Shown: positions 30,768-41,265, numbered from the stretch's first letter. The stretch is DNA of 64,000 nt from Dehalococcoidia bacterium (GCA_009692765.1 SHYQ01000001.1:29096-93095), one strand, 5' to 3'. The notes: generated by a model not told the origin, from the sequence alone. Made by a program: numbers and translations.

Positions 30768-30962
30768 CTAGGTGGCGGCGGTCTCGGCGGTGGCGGGCTT
30801 CTTCTTCGCCGCGGGACGCGGGACCCATCCTCGGGCGGCGGCGTTTGAGAACTCCTTCTCGGCGCCGCAATGTTTACAGGTTCCCACGCTGGTCGGGCCG
30901 CCCGGAGCGGGCAGCATGTAGTGGTGGGTTTCGCAGACCATCGCGCGCGTCTTTGTCGCCAT
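30768..30962 (-). CDS. Small zinc-ribbon-like protein with a basic tail (64 aa)
   Basis: CETHHY..GPTSVGTCKHCGAEKEFSN then PAAKKKP. GGGAGGG RBS before ATG 30962. Confidence 0.72.
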   Translation of the reverse strand: MATKTRAMVCETHHYMLPAPGGPTSVGTCKHCGAEKEFSNAAARGWVPRPAAKKKPATAETAAT

Positions 30963-31166
30963 GTGCCCTCCCCGTTTGCTAGACCTGTGTCCGTGCGTTC
31001 GGGTGTCCCCGCCCGGCGCCTCCCGAACCATAACACGTTTCCCCTCATTGACGGGTACGTAAGGGTCAGATTCTGGCGCCCGGTGACTGCCAACCTGCCG
31101 CACCGAGCGCTCGGGGGATCGCCGGCGGGGCCGCCTCGCACCGCGCCGGCCGACGGCTGGTCGGGC

Positions 31167-31636
31167 CTATGCCAGCGCCGCCTCGATCTGGTCGACGTGG
31201 CCGCCATCATGCCCGGGACCGCCGCGCACGATCATGTCTGCGACGGCCGCCTCGCCCGGCCGGAAGCCCTGCGGCATCGTGGTCGCGAGCGTGGCATCGT
31301 CGACCTGGCCGAGCGCGCCGAGGGCCGCCGCGTGTCCTGCACAGATCTCGTCGATGAGTTGCGCGACGGCGGCGTCCCGGCGCTCCTCGACCTGCCCGGC
31401 GTTGATCTCGTCGATCGTGGCGGGCGGCCCGCGGTCCCGGCCTGGAACGCACGCAGGCGCTGCACCACGCGGTCCACGCCGTTCGCGCGGGCCGCGTGGT
31501 GCGACAGGGCGTCGCGGACGTGCCACATCCCCTCCGCCAGCGATCGGTCGCCGCCGTCAATGAGGCGGAGGTGCAGCGTCGCGAGCCGGGCATCGACCCC
31601 GCGGATCGCCGCGATGATGTCGTCTCGTGTCGTCAT
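31167..31636 (-). pseudogene. DinB/MDMPI-like four-helix metal-binding protein; one frameshift near 31420-31432
   Basis: WHVRDALSH in the first frame; IDEINAGQVEERR..HDGGHVDQI in the second. Adding one G in GCGGGCCG joins them. Confidence 0.72.
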
Positions 31637-31705
31637 GTCCGTACTCCCTGCCCGTGGGCGCGGATGATAGCCGATTGCGCGAGGTCTGGCGGGGTGGGTG
31701 GGCGG

Positions 31706-33601
31706 CTACGAGGTGGCGGGGGCGACCTCGGTCATGTTGTCGGTGATCACGCCCGCGTCCCCGGAGGCGGCGTACGCCATCCGGTAGAGCCGGGCGTAGA
31801 CACCGTCCCGCGCGAGCAACTGCGCGTGGTTGCCCTGCTCGATGATGTGCCCGCGCTCCAGCACGACGATGCGCGTGGCGTCGCGGATCGTGGAGAGGCG
31901 GTGCGCGATCACGAAGGAGGTGCGGCCCCGCAGCATCTCGCGCAGCGCCGTCTGGATGATCACCTCGGTCTGCGTGTCGACGTTCGCGGTCGCCTCGTCG
32001 AGCACGAGGATGCGCGGGTTGGCCAGCAGCGCCCGCGCGAAGGAGATCAGCTGGCGCTGGCCCACCGACAGGTTGTGCGCCCGCTCCGCGAGCGTGGTGT
32101 CGTAGCCCTGCGGCAGGCGGCGGATGAACCCGTCCGCGCCCACCAGTCCCGCGGTCGCCTCCACCTCTTCGTCGGTCGCGTCTAGACGACCGTAGCGGAT
32201 GTTGTCGCGGATCGTGCCGGAGAACAGGAACGGGTCCTGGAGCACCACGCCCATCTGGCGGTGGAGTTCGGACAGCTTCACGTCGCGCACGTCCACGCCA
32301 TCGATGCGGATCGCGCCCCGGGTCACGTCGTAGTAGCGACCGATGAGGTTCGTCATGGTGCTCTTGCCGGCGCCCGTCTGGCCGACGAAGGCGATCGTCT
32401 CGCCGGGCGCGACGTGCAGATCGATGTGCTGCAACACCGGCCGGCCCGCCACGTAGGCGAACGTCACGTCGTCGAAGTCCACGCGGCCCTGCACGTCGAA
32501 CACCCGCGCGTCCTCGCGGTCCACGACCTCCGGCTTTGTGTCGAGGACCTCGATGATGCGTTGGCCGCCGGCCATCGCGCGCTGGATCTGCGTGTACTGG
32601 AGCACCAGGTCGCGCACCGGGTCGAAGAAGCGCGAGATGTACAGCACGAACGCCGTCACCACGCCGATGGTGACTTCCCCCTGCGCGACGCGCATCCCGC
32701 CCACCAACAGCACGAGGCCCGTGGACAGCGCAACCACGCCCTCCACGATCGGCAAGACGGCCGCGGACAACCGGCCGGCGGAGACGTTCGCGCGCAGGTT
32801 CCGCTGGTTGATGATGTCGAAGCGGCGTGCGTTCTCGCCCTCGCGCGACAGCGACTGGATGACGCGCACGCCGGAGACGTTCTCGTTCAGCGTTGCATTG
32901 ACGGTGGAGATCGTCTGGCGGACCTCGACGAACGCCATCCGCGCCCGTCGCTGCCACACGATCATGACGCCCACCAGGATCGGCATGCTGGCGAACGTCA
33001 CGAGGGCGAGTTCGACGTCCCGCTGGATCAGCACGGCGACCACGATGAACAGGACGATGATGTCCGAGAGGATCGTCAGGCTGCCGGTGGTGAGCAGTTC
33101 CTGCAACGCCGTCACGTCGCTCGTGACGCGCGACATGATCCGGCCCACCTCGTGCCGGTCGATGAACGACAACGACAACTTCTGGATGTGTCCGAACATC
33201 TCGGTGCGGAGACGGTAGAGGATGCGGTGCCCGATGTACCCCGTCTGCGTCTGTTGCAGGTAGTGGAACATCCACGAGATGGCGACGAGGCCGACGAGGC
33301 CAAACACCATCCGCGACAGGCCGGGAAGGTCGCCACGGACCACGGCGTCCACCGCGAAGCCGACGAGCAGCGGCTGGATCGTCGTCGTCAGTGAGAACCC
33401 GATGACGCCGAGGAGGGCGAACGCCACGCGCACGCGGTAGGGCTTCAGGTAGGGCGCAAGGCGGGAGACCACTTCGCCGTCGTAGATCTTGCCAAGGTCG
33501 TCGTCGTTCCAGCCGTCCAGGCCGCGGCGGAAGTCGCCGCCGTGCCCGGTGGCGCTGGTACTCCACCCGCCCGCCTGACCGCCGCCGCCGCCGAAACCCA
33601 T
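31706..33601 (-). CDS. Heterodimeric ABC exporter subunit (TMD plus NBD)
   Basis: GRIMSRVTSDV, Walker A GQTGAGKS, degenerate signature LSVGQ, LVLDEAT and IAHRLST. Confidence 0.92.
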   Translation of the reverse strand: MGFGGGGGQAGGWSTSATGHGGDFRRGLDGWNDDDLGKIYDGEVVSRLAPYLKPYRVRVAFALLGVIGFSLTTTIQPLLVGFAVDAVVRGDLPGLSRMVFGLVGLVAISWMFHYLQQTQTGYIGHRILYRLRTEMFGHIQKLSLSFIDRHEVGRIMSRVTSDVTALQELLTTGSLTILSDIIVLFIVVAVLIQRDVELALVTFASMPILVGVMIVWQRRARMAFVEVRQTISTVNATLNENVSGVRVIQSLSREGENARRFDIINQRNLRANVSAGRLSAAVLPIVEGVVALSTGLVLLVGGMRVAQGEVTIGVVTAFVLYISRFFDPVRDLVLQYTQIQRAMAGGQRIIEVLDTKPEVVDREDARVFDVQGRVDFDDVTFAYVAGRPVLQHIDLHVAPGETIAFVGQTGAGKSTMTNLIGRYYDVTRGAIRIDGVDVRDVKLSELHRQMGVVLQDPFLFSGTIRDNIRYGRLDATDEEVEATAGLVGADGFIRRLPQGYDTTLAERAHNLSVGQRQLISFARALLANPRILVLDEATANVDTQTEVIIQTALREMLRGRTSFVIAHRLSTIRDATRIVVLERGHIIEQGNHAQLLARDGVYARLYRMAYAASGDAGVITDNMTEVAPATS

Positions 33602-33637
33602 GCTCGCCTCGCCCTCTCCGTGCAGCCAGCGGTGCCG

Positions 33638-35449
33638 CTATGCGTCGGCCGCGCCCGCGCCCGCGCCCGCGCCCACGGAGGCCTCGAAGGCCTCCTCTTG
33701 GTCGCGCAGCTCGAGTTCGTAGATCCGCTGGTACAGGCCGCCGCCGCGCGCTAGGTCCTGGTGACGCCCGCGCTCCACGATCGCGCCGCGGTCGAGCACG
33801 AGGATCGTGTCCGCGGCCTTCACCGTGCGCAGACGCTGGGCGATGACGAACGTCGTGCGCCCCTCCATCAGCTCGGCGAGCGCCTGCTGGATCAGGTACT
33901 CCGTCTCCATGTCCACGCTGGAGGTCGAGTCGTCGAAGATCAGGATCGCCGGGTCCAGCAGCAGCGTGCGCGCAATCGAGATCCGCTGCTTCTGGCCCCC
34001 GGACAGCGTGACGCCGCGCTCGCCGACCCAGGTGTCGTAGCCGTCCGGCAGCGAGAGGATGAACTCGTGGATGCGCGCCACCCGCGCGGCGTCCTCCACC
34101 TCCCCGTCGGTCGCCTCCAGCCTCCCGTAGCGGATGTTCTCGCGGATAGTGTCGATGAAAAGGAACACGTCCTGCTGGACGATGCCGATCTGGCCGCGGA
34201 GCGACTCGATCGTCAGGTCGCGGATGTCGAGCCCGTCCATCAACACGCGCCCCGCCGTGACGTCGTAGAACCGGGGCATCAGGTTCACCAGCGACGACTT
34301 GCCGGAGCCGGTCGGGCCCACCAGGGCGACGATCTCGCCCGGGTGCGAGGTGAAGGTCACGTCGTGCAACACCGGGGTCTGCGCGTTGTAGCCGAACGAC
34401 ACGTGCTCGAAGCGCACCTCGCCCCGAGCGCGCCCCCGCGCCGCCACGAGGACGACCGCGTCCGGCCTCTCCAGCACGGCGCTCTCCGCGTCCAGGATGT
34501 CGTAGATCCGTTGCCCGGCGCTGATCGTGCGGCTGAAGATGTTGATCATGAACCCCAGCATGCGCACCGGCTGCTGCAACAACTGGAGGTAGACGATGAA
34601 CGCCACCAGTTCGCCGGGCGTGATCCGCCCCGCGATCACCTCGCGTCCGCCGAACGCCAGCGTCGAGGCGATCGCGAGCCCGCCGAGGGCGGTGAGCAGC
34701 GGCCCGTTGACCGCCTGGAACTGGTTCGTGCGGTAGGAGTGCTTGAAGAGCGCCTCCGCCTCGACCTCGAACTTGCGGGCCTCGAAGTCCTCGCGGCTGA
34801 ACGCCTTGACCACGCGCACGCCGGAGAGATTCTCATGGAGCACGTTGCTCATGCGGCCCTGGCCGTCCTGCACCAGCTGCCACAGCGGGCGCAGGCGCAT
34901 GCTCATGTAGATCGAGATCGCCGCCATCACCGGCAGGAAGGTCCACGACACCAGCGTGAGCATGGCGCTGGTGCGCAGCATCAGCGCCAGCGTCACGAAC
35001 AGCAGGATGAGGATCGCACCGGCGCGGATCAGCCCCATGTTGATGTACTGGCGCATCGCCTCCACGTCCTGCGTGGCGCGCGACATGATCTGCCCGATCT
35101 GCGCCTGGTCGTGGTAGGCGAACGAGAGATTCTGGAGTCGCTCGTAGATCGCGTTGCGGATCGTGTAGGCCACCGACTGCGACAGTTTCTCGCCGAGGTA
35201 CTGCTGGGAGTACGCGAACACGCCGCGCAGCAGGGCCGCGCCCATGATCAGCCCGAACCCCATCACTAGCGGGTTCCAGGCCACGGCCCCGCCGCTCGCC
35301 TGCGAGTGGATCGCGCTGTCGAGCGCGAAGCCGATGATCTGCGGCACCACCAGCGAGAAGGCGCTGGCGCCGACCATCATGCACAGCGTGACGAGCAGCA
35401 GCCCGCGGAAGGGCCCGAGGAAACCGAGCAGTCGAATCAGGACGCGCAT
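33638..35449 (-). CDS. Heterodimeric ABC exporter subunit (TMD plus NBD, degenerate catalytic site)
   Basis: GPTGSGKS, LSGGQ, IFDDST (Asp in place of the catalytic Glu) and IAQR (Gln in place of the switch His). Start reassigned to ATG 35449. Confidence 0.92.
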   Translation of the reverse strand: MRVLIRLLGFLGPFRGLLLVTLCMMVGASAFSLVVPQIIGFALDSAIHSQASGGAVAWNPLVMGFGLIMGAALLRGVFAYSQQYLGEKLSQSVAYTIRNAIYERLQNLSFAYHDQAQIGQIMSRATQDVEAMRQYINMGLIRAGAILILLFVTLALMLRTSAMLTLVSWTFLPVMAAISIYMSMRLRPLWQLVQDGQGRMSNVLHENLSGVRVVKAFSREDFEARKFEVEAEALFKHSYRTNQFQAVNGPLLTALGGLAIASTLAFGGREVIAGRITPGELVAFIVYLQLLQQPVRMLGFMINIFSRTISAGQRIYDILDAESAVLERPDAVVLVAARGRARGEVRFEHVSFGYNAQTPVLHDVTFTSHPGEIVALVGPTGSGKSSLVNLMPRFYDVTAGRVLMDGLDIRDLTIESLRGQIGIVQQDVFLFIDTIRENIRYGRLEATDGEVEDAARVARIHEFILSLPDGYDTWVGERGVTLSGGQKQRISIARTLLLDPAILIFDDSTSSVDMETEYLIQQALAELMEGRTTFVIAQRLRTVKAADTILVLDRGAIVERGRHQDLARGGGLYQRIYELELRDQEEAFEASVGAGAGAGAADA

Positions 35450-35588
35450 GGCGCTCTTTCCCGGGCGTTGGGGGCAGTTCCCTGATGATCCTTCGTGATT
35501 CGTGGTGAGAATGCACTCTAACGTGCGCGTGAGGGTTCCCGCAACCGCTATACCCGCTGGACGGCGCTCTCCGGCGCTCCCTGGCGCG

Positions 35589-36434
35589 CTACAGCGCAGG
35601 GAGACTCGCGGCCGCCTCGCGCACGCGCCGTCGCCGAGCGGCGTGGTCGGGCAGCAGGCCGGCCACGGCGCTCCAGAACCCCGACCCGTGGTTCGGCACG
35701 GCGAGGTGGACGAGTTCGTGGACCACGACATAATCTAGGAATTCCGGCGCGAGCATCACGAGCCGCCAGTTGAATCGCAGCGTCCCGTCCGGCGAGCAGG
35801 AGCCCCAGCGCTGGTGCTGGTTCCGGATCAGCACGCGCCGCGGCACGAGCCCGGTGATCGCCGTCCAGCGTCCCACGCTCGCCTCGATCGCCGCCCGCGC
35901 GCGCTCCGCGTACCAGCGCGTGACGGCGCGCTCGATCGCGCGGATCCGGCGCGCCCCCTCGTAGCGTGCGGGGGCCGTGATGCTGAGGTCGAAGAGCCCG
36001 CGGGTTACCGTGGCGCTGCGTGTGCGGCGCGCGCTCACGAAGAGCGGCAGCGCGCGGCCCTCGAACGGGATTACCTCGCCGGTGACGTACGCGAGCGGCG
36101 GCGTGGCGACCGGGCGGTGCCTGGCGATCCACGGTGCGCGTTCGCGCACGAACGCCTCGATCTCCCGGAGGGGCGTCCGGAGCGGGGCGCGGACGCGGAC
36201 ACCGTGGGCATCGACCGTCAGTTGCAGCGTGCGCCGGCGGCGAGCGCTGCGCACCACCTCGTACTCGATGGGCTCGATCGCAGCGCTGGGGTGCACGCCC
36301 GCCTGCACGATGACGCCACGCTCCGGCTCCACCGTCGTATCCGCGGCGCCCGCGCCTCCCGCGCCTGTCCGTCGCGCCACGGGTTGCTCCCTCGCCCGGC
36401 CTCCGCGGATCCCCGGTGCAGGCGCCCGGGCCAC
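35589..36434 (-). CDS. YgjP/DUF45-type zinc metallohydrolase; start uncertain
   Basis: RSARRRRTLQL, VRAP, QRWGSCS, FNWRL and DYVVVHELVHL..NH...FW. Confidence 0.85.
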   Translation of the reverse strand: MARAPAPGIRGGRAREQPVARRTGAGGAGAADTTVEPERGVIVQAGVHPSAAIEPIEYEVVRSARRRRTLQLTVDAHGVRVRAPLRTPLREIEAFVRERAPWIARHRPVATPPLAYVTGEVIPFEGRALPLFVSARRTRSATVTRGLFDLSITAPARYEGARRIRAIERAVTRWYAERARAAIEASVGRWTAITGLVPRRVLIRNQHQRWGSCSPDGTLRFNWRLVMLAPEFLDYVVVHELVHLAVPNHGSGFWSAVAGLLPDHAARRRRVREAAASLPAL

Positions 36435-36633
36435 CTGAGGGTACCCCCGATCGCCTGGAACGGCGGTGGTGGCTGCGGCGCGCGCGTCGGGAACTCCGGT
36501 CGCGGCGTCGCGGAAGCGCGGGTTTCCCCCGCCGCCGCCGGCGCGAGGCGCGGGGCGTCCGGCCGATGATTGATGCAGAGCGGACGCCGTCGGGACGCGT
36601 GCCGTGATGCGAGATGATGGCAGGCGGGGGCCG

Positions 36634-37012
36634 ATGCACGAGCAACAGCGGGCACGGGCCGGCGGCGCGAGGCTTCATCGCTGGTTCACGGCGACGTTCG
36701 CCATCGTGGGCCACAGCATGTTCGTGAGCGGGTTGTTCGTGCTCGCGGCGGCCGGGCGCGTACCCGATGCTGACGAATCTGTTCATCCTCGGTGCCGCCG
36801 TGGTGCTCAGTCTGCCGCTGCTCGCGATCACGGTCGTCGTGGCCGGGAGCGAGGCGTTGCTCGGGCGTGCGTGGGCGAACGGCCTGCACCGCCTAGCGGG
36901 CGGCGACCGACGCCTCCGCGCGACCTCGATCCGCGCGCTGCGGTACGCCTCCGTCCTCTGGACCGCTAACGGCGCGGCGATGTGGCTGGCGACGCTCCTC
37001 GCCCAGCTCTAG
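36634..37012 (+). CDS. Small membrane protein, possibly one gene split by a frameshift near 36752-36760
   Basis: Hydrophobic run WFTATFAIVGHSMFVSGLFVLAAA continues in another frame as YPMLTNLFILGAAVVLSLPLLAITVVV. Removing one G joins them. Confidence 0.4.
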
Positions 37013-37214
37013 CAGCGCTCCACCGCCGCCCGCTCGCGCCATTGCCCGCGCGGATGGGCCAGTGCCCAATGCTCCGGTCGGACGAACACGGGCCGCCCTC
37101 GCCCCGTTGTCAGGGAGAGGCGCGCAACCACTGCGCCTATCATGGTTGTACCGTCAGTACCCCACCTGCTGGCCCACTCCATCCGCTCGTAGTGCTCCGT
37201 GGAAGGCGAGGGGT

Positions 37215-39257
37215 ATGGCCGCATCCCGTAGCGAGGTCTCCCGCAGCGACGTCTCGGTTCTGATTGCCCGGCGTCCCCTTTGGCGTCGGGGGCGGGTGGT
37301 CGCCTCGGTCGTGCTGATCGGGTTCCTCGCCGGCCTCGGCTACTACGGCTTCCTGCGGAGCAGGCCGGCTGCCCCCATCAGCACCACCCAGGAGGTCAAA
37401 GTCACGCTCGGGTCGCTCTCGACCACGCTGTCGGCCTCCGGGACGGCCGCCGCCGAGCAGTCGACGCCGCTGACGTTCTCTACCGGCGGCGTCGTGACGC
37501 AGGTGCTCGTGCGGCTGGGCGACGAGGTGAAGTCGGGCCAGGCCCTGGTCCGCCTGGATCCGCGCGACCCCGCGCGTAGCGTGGAGACGGCGCGGTCGAG
37601 CCTCGACCTAGCACGGCTGCGGCTGAAGCAGCTGCTGGAGCCGAACGCGATCGAGCGGACCGCGATGCAACAGACGCTGGTGGGCGCACGGACGCAACTC
37701 GAGAGCGCCGAGGCGGCGTACGCGAGTCTCGGCAAGCCCACCGCGTCGGAACTCATTGCCGCTCAGAACGCGGTCGCGTCGGCTCAGGCCTCCGTGCGGT
37801 CGGCGCAGAACAGCGTGGACTCGTCCCGGTCCAGCCTTTCCCTGGCGCAGACCGGCTACTGCAGCCTCTGGCTGGAGGCGACGATCGGTGTCTGCACCCC
37901 GGACAGGCTTCCGATCTCCGCCGAGTTCGTGGCGATGCTGCAGACGAGCATTGAGCGCGGGACCACGGTCCCGACGACGAGCCTCACCTCGGCCGTGATC
38001 TCGCTGATCTCCGCGAACGCCTTGTACACCAACGCGCTTGCGAACAAGGGGACGGCCGCCAACGCGCTCGTGGCGGCGGAGGTGAAGTTGCGGGAGCTCA
38101 CCGCGCCGACCGCCGAGGCGATCCGGAGCGCGCAGGCCGCGATCCAGAATGCGCGCGCTGCATACGACTCGGCGCTGGCGAAGGCCGACGCGCTCGGCAA
38201 GCCCACAGATGTGGACCTCGGGCTCCAGCAGCAGGCCGTGCGGACGGCGGAGATCGCGCTGCAGCAGGCGCAGGACGCGTTGAACGACACTACGCTCGCC
38301 GCGCCGTTCGGGGGCAAGGTGGGGTCGGTCACCGCGATCGTCGGCCAGCGCATCGGCAGCGGGGCGGCGGCCGTGGTGCTCTCCAACCCCGACGCGATCC
38401 GGCTGGACCTCACCATCTCCGAGACCGACCTGGTGAACGTGAAGGCCGGAATGATCGGCGTCGCGCGCTTCGACTCGCTACCGCGGAGCGCCTATGTGGT
38501 GCGGGTGGTCGGGGTGAGCGCGGTCCCCGTGGTGACGCAGGGCGTGGTGACGTACCCGGTACAGGCGGCGATCCTTCGAGGCAGCGCGCTCAATGACATC
38601 CGCGAGCAGTTGCCGGCGCTGACGCGTGCGCTGACCAGCGGTGCCGCCGGCGCTCAATTCGGCGCGCTCCTCGGCACCGGCGGCGCGGGCGGCGGCCCGC
38701 AGGCGCAGCAAGGGCAGCGAGGCCCGGGAGCGGGCCCGGGTGCTGGTGCGCCGGGCACGCGAGGGCCGGGCGGCGGCGCCGCCTCGACCACGACCGGGAT
38801 CCCGACCGGCAGCGGCACGCCAACGAGCACGGGGACACCCGGAGCGGGCGGCGCGGGCGGTGCGGGTGGCCTAGGCGGAGGCACGGGTGGTGGGGCGGGC
38901 ATTCAGGCGCTGCTGAACCCGCCGCTTCCGACGGCCGGCATGAACGCCTCCGTCACGCTGCTCGTGAGCTCCCTCGAGAACCAGTTGTTGGTCCCGACGG
39001 GCGCGGTCCGGCGGCAGGGCAACCAGAGCTTCGTCTACCTGCCGGGGACCGCGGGCGGGCCGCCGGTGCAGAAGCAGGTGGTCGCCGCCGGCACCGACGG
39101 CACGAACACCGCGATCGCGAGCGGGCTCGCCGAGGGTGACGTGGTGCTCCTCGGCGCGATCGGTACGGCGACGCCGGCGGCGTCGCGCACGAACGCACCG
39201 GGCGGCATCGGGGGCGGCCCGGGCGGTGGCCCGGGCGGCGGGGGTGGCATCCGGTGA
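37215..39257 (+). CDS. MacA/YknX-like periplasmic adaptor (membrane fusion protein)
   Basis: N-terminal TM, lipoyl half-motifs (GVVTQVLVRLGDEVKSGQAL; TLAAPFGGKV), long coiled coil, GVVTYPV, LLVPTGAV and IASGLAEGD. Confidence 0.88.
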   Translation: MAASRSEVSRSDVSVLIARRPLWRRGRVVASVVLIGFLAGLGYYGFLRSRPAAPISTTQEVKVTLGSLSTTLSASGTAAAEQSTPLTFSTGGVVTQVLVRLGDEVKSGQALVRLDPRDPARSVETARSSLDLARLRLKQLLEPNAIERTAMQQTLVGARTQLESAEAAYASLGKPTASELIAAQNAVASAQASVRSAQNSVDSSRSSLSLAQTGYCSLWLEATIGVCTPDRLPISAEFVAMLQTSIERGTTVPTTSLTSAVISLISANALYTNALANKGTAANALVAAEVKLRELTAPTAEAIRSAQAAIQNARAAYDSALAKADALGKPTDVDLGLQQQAVRTAEIALQQAQDALNDTTLAAPFGGKVGSVTAIVGQRIGSGAAAVVLSNPDAIRLDLTISETDLVNVKAGMIGVARFDSLPRSAYVVRVVGVSAVPVVTQGVVTYPVQAAILRGSALNDIREQLPALTRALTSGAAGAQFGALLGTGGAGGGPQAQQGQRGPGAGPGAGAPGTRGPGGGAASTTTGIPTGSGTPTSTGTPGAGGAGGAGGLGGGTGGGAGIQALLNPPLPTAGMNASVTLLVSSLENQLLVPTGAVRRQGNQSFVYLPGTAGGPPVQKQVVAAGTDGTNTAIASGLAEGDVVLLGAIGTATPAASRTNAPGGIGGGPGGGPGGGGGIR

Positions 39258-39964
39258 TCGAACTCCAGGAGGTCGCGAAGACGTACGTGACGGGCGCGGG
39301 CCCGGTCCACGCGTTGCGCGGCGCCGACCTGAAGATCACGCGTGGCGAGTTTGTAGCGATCATGGGGCAGTCTGGCTCCGGCAAGACCACGATGATGAAC
39401 ATCCTGGGCCTGCTGGACCGGCCCACAGGCGGTCGCTACCTGCTGGAGGGCAGCGACGTGAGCGACCTGGACGCCGACGAGCGCGCTCGCCTGCGCGGGC
39501 GCGAGTTCGGGTTCGTCTTCCAGGCGTACAACCTCGTCCCGCGCCTGAGCGCGATCGAGCAGGTGGAGCTTCCGCTGGTCTACCAGGGCGCGAAGGACCG
39601 GCGCGAGCGCGCGGCGGCGGCGCTCGAACGCGTCGGGCTGTCGGTCGAGTTCCACCGGCGCGGGCCGACGCAACTGTCTGGGGGTCAGCAGCAGCGTGTA
39701 GCCATCGCGCGGTCGATCGTCGTCGAACCGCGCGTGATCCTCGCGGATGAGCCGACGGGCGCGCTGGACACGGCGACGAGCGCGGAGGTCATGGCGCTGT
39801 TCCGTGACCTGGTGCAGCGCCACGGCATCACGGTGATCATCGTGACGCACGAGGCGGAGATCGCCGCGCTGACCGACCGCATCGTGCGCATGGTGGACGG
39901 CCGGATCGTGGGCGACGTCGAGACGAGGCTGCTGGCGCGCGGACAGCAGGAGGCGAGCGCATGA
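39254..39964 (+). CDS. ABC transporter ATP-binding protein (MacB/LolD-like)
   Basis: GQSGSGKT, GFVFQAYNL, LSGGQQQR, LADEPTGALD and VTHE. GTGA overlap with the upstream gene. Confidence 0.93.
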   Translation: MIELQEVAKTYVTGAGPVHALRGADLKITRGEFVAIMGQSGSGKTTMMNILGLLDRPTGGRYLLEGSDVSDLDADERARLRGREFGFVFQAYNLVPRLSAIEQVELPLVYQGAKDRRERAAAALERVGLSVEFHRRGPTQLSGGQQQRVAIARSIVVEPRVILADEPTGALDTATSAEVMALFRDLVQRHGITVIIVTHEAEIAALTDRIVRMVDGRIVGDVETRLLARGQQEASA

Positions 39965-41205
39965 GCATCGCCGACGCCCTGCGGGTCGCCACGCGCGCGA
40001 TCCTCGCGAACCGGCTGCGCAGCATCCTGACGACGCTGGGCCTAGTGATCGGCGTGACCTCGGTGATCGTGCTGATCGCGGTGGGGCAGGGCGCGCAGGT
40101 CGGCGTCGCCTCGAAGATCCGCGGGCTGGGGACGGACCTGATCTTCGTGCAGCCCGGCCAGTCCAACGACCGCACCACCGGCGCGCGAGGCCAGTCGGTC
40201 TCGCTGACCCGGTCCGATTCCGATGCGATCGTCGCGGCCGCGATTCCCGGTGTGGCGGGCGTTGCGCCGCAGATCTCCTTCAACGCGCAGCTGATCGCGG
40301 GCTCCAACAACAGCCGCGGTTCGGTCATTGGCACCACCCCGGACTACATCACCGTGCGTTCGGCGCTCGTCGCGCAGGGCGAGTTCGTGACGGACACGGA
40401 CGTCGATCGGCGCGCGCTGAACATGGTGCTCGGCTCGGCGCTGGCCGAGTCGCTGTTTCCCAACGGCGAAGCGATCGGGCAGCAGGTACGCCTGGCGATC
40501 GGCGGGCCGCTGGGGTTCAACTTCCGCGTGGTCGGCGTCATGGCCGCACGCGGCGGCGCCACCGACCAGGACTCGCAGGCCTTCGTCCCGGTGACGACGA
40601 TGCAGAGCCGGCTGCCCTTCACGCGCAACTCGACGGGCGAGATCGCCGTCAACCAGATCAGCATCCAGATGACGTCGAAGGCGGACCAGAAGGCCGTGAA
40701 GGCGGAGATCACGAACCTGCTCGTCGCCCGACACGCGGTCGCGGCGCCCGACTTCACCGTGCAGAGTCAGAACGACCTGCTCGGCGCAGCGTCCGAGGTG
40801 AGCGCCACACTCTCCATCCTCCTCGGCAGTGTCGCCGGCATCTCGCTACTCGTCGGGGGGATCGGCGTGATGAACATCATGCTGGTGTCCGTGACCGAGC
40901 GGACGCGCGAGATCGGCATCCGGCGTGCGGTCGGCGCGCAGAGCCGCGACATCGTCTTGCAGTTCGTCACGGAGGCGCTGACGCTGAGCATCGGCGGCGG
41001 ACTGCTGGGGATGGCGCTCGGCGTGGGGATCGCACTCGGGCTCAACGGCCGCCAGGTCGCGGGCCAGGCGATGACGACGCTCATCCAGCCGTGGAGCATC
41101 ATCGTCGCGTTCGCCGTCGCCGCGGGCGTCGGCCTCGCCAGCGGGTCGTACCCCGCGTTCCGCGCCACGGCGATCGACCCGATCGTCGCGCTCCGCAACG
41201 AGTAG
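39961..41205 (+). CDS. MacB/FtsX-family ABC permease
   Basis: RSILTTLGLVIGV, ISLLVGGIGVMNIMLVSVTERTREIGIRRAVGA and DPIVALR. Confidence 0.93.
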   Translation: MSIADALRVATRAILANRLRSILTTLGLVIGVTSVIVLIAVGQGAQVGVASKIRGLGTDLIFVQPGQSNDRTTGARGQSVSLTRSDSDAIVAAAIPGVAGVAPQISFNAQLIAGSNNSRGSVIGTTPDYITVRSALVAQGEFVTDTDVDRRALNMVLGSALAESLFPNGEAIGQQVRLAIGGPLGFNFRVVGVMAARGGATDQDSQAFVPVTTMQSRLPFTRNSTGEIAVNQISIQMTSKADQKAVKAEITNLLVARHAVAAPDFTVQSQNDLLGAASEVSATLSILLGSVAGISLLVGGIGVMNIMLVSVTERTREIGIRRAVGAQSRDIVLQFVTEALTLSIGGGLLGMALGVGIALGLNGRQVAGQAMTTLIQPWSIIVAFAVAAGVGLASGSYPAFRATAIDPIVALRNE

Positions 41206-41265
41206 GCCGCGAGCCGCCTTCAGGTGTCTGCACTCACACAGACGCCAGCGTAGGCGCGGCCTCGA

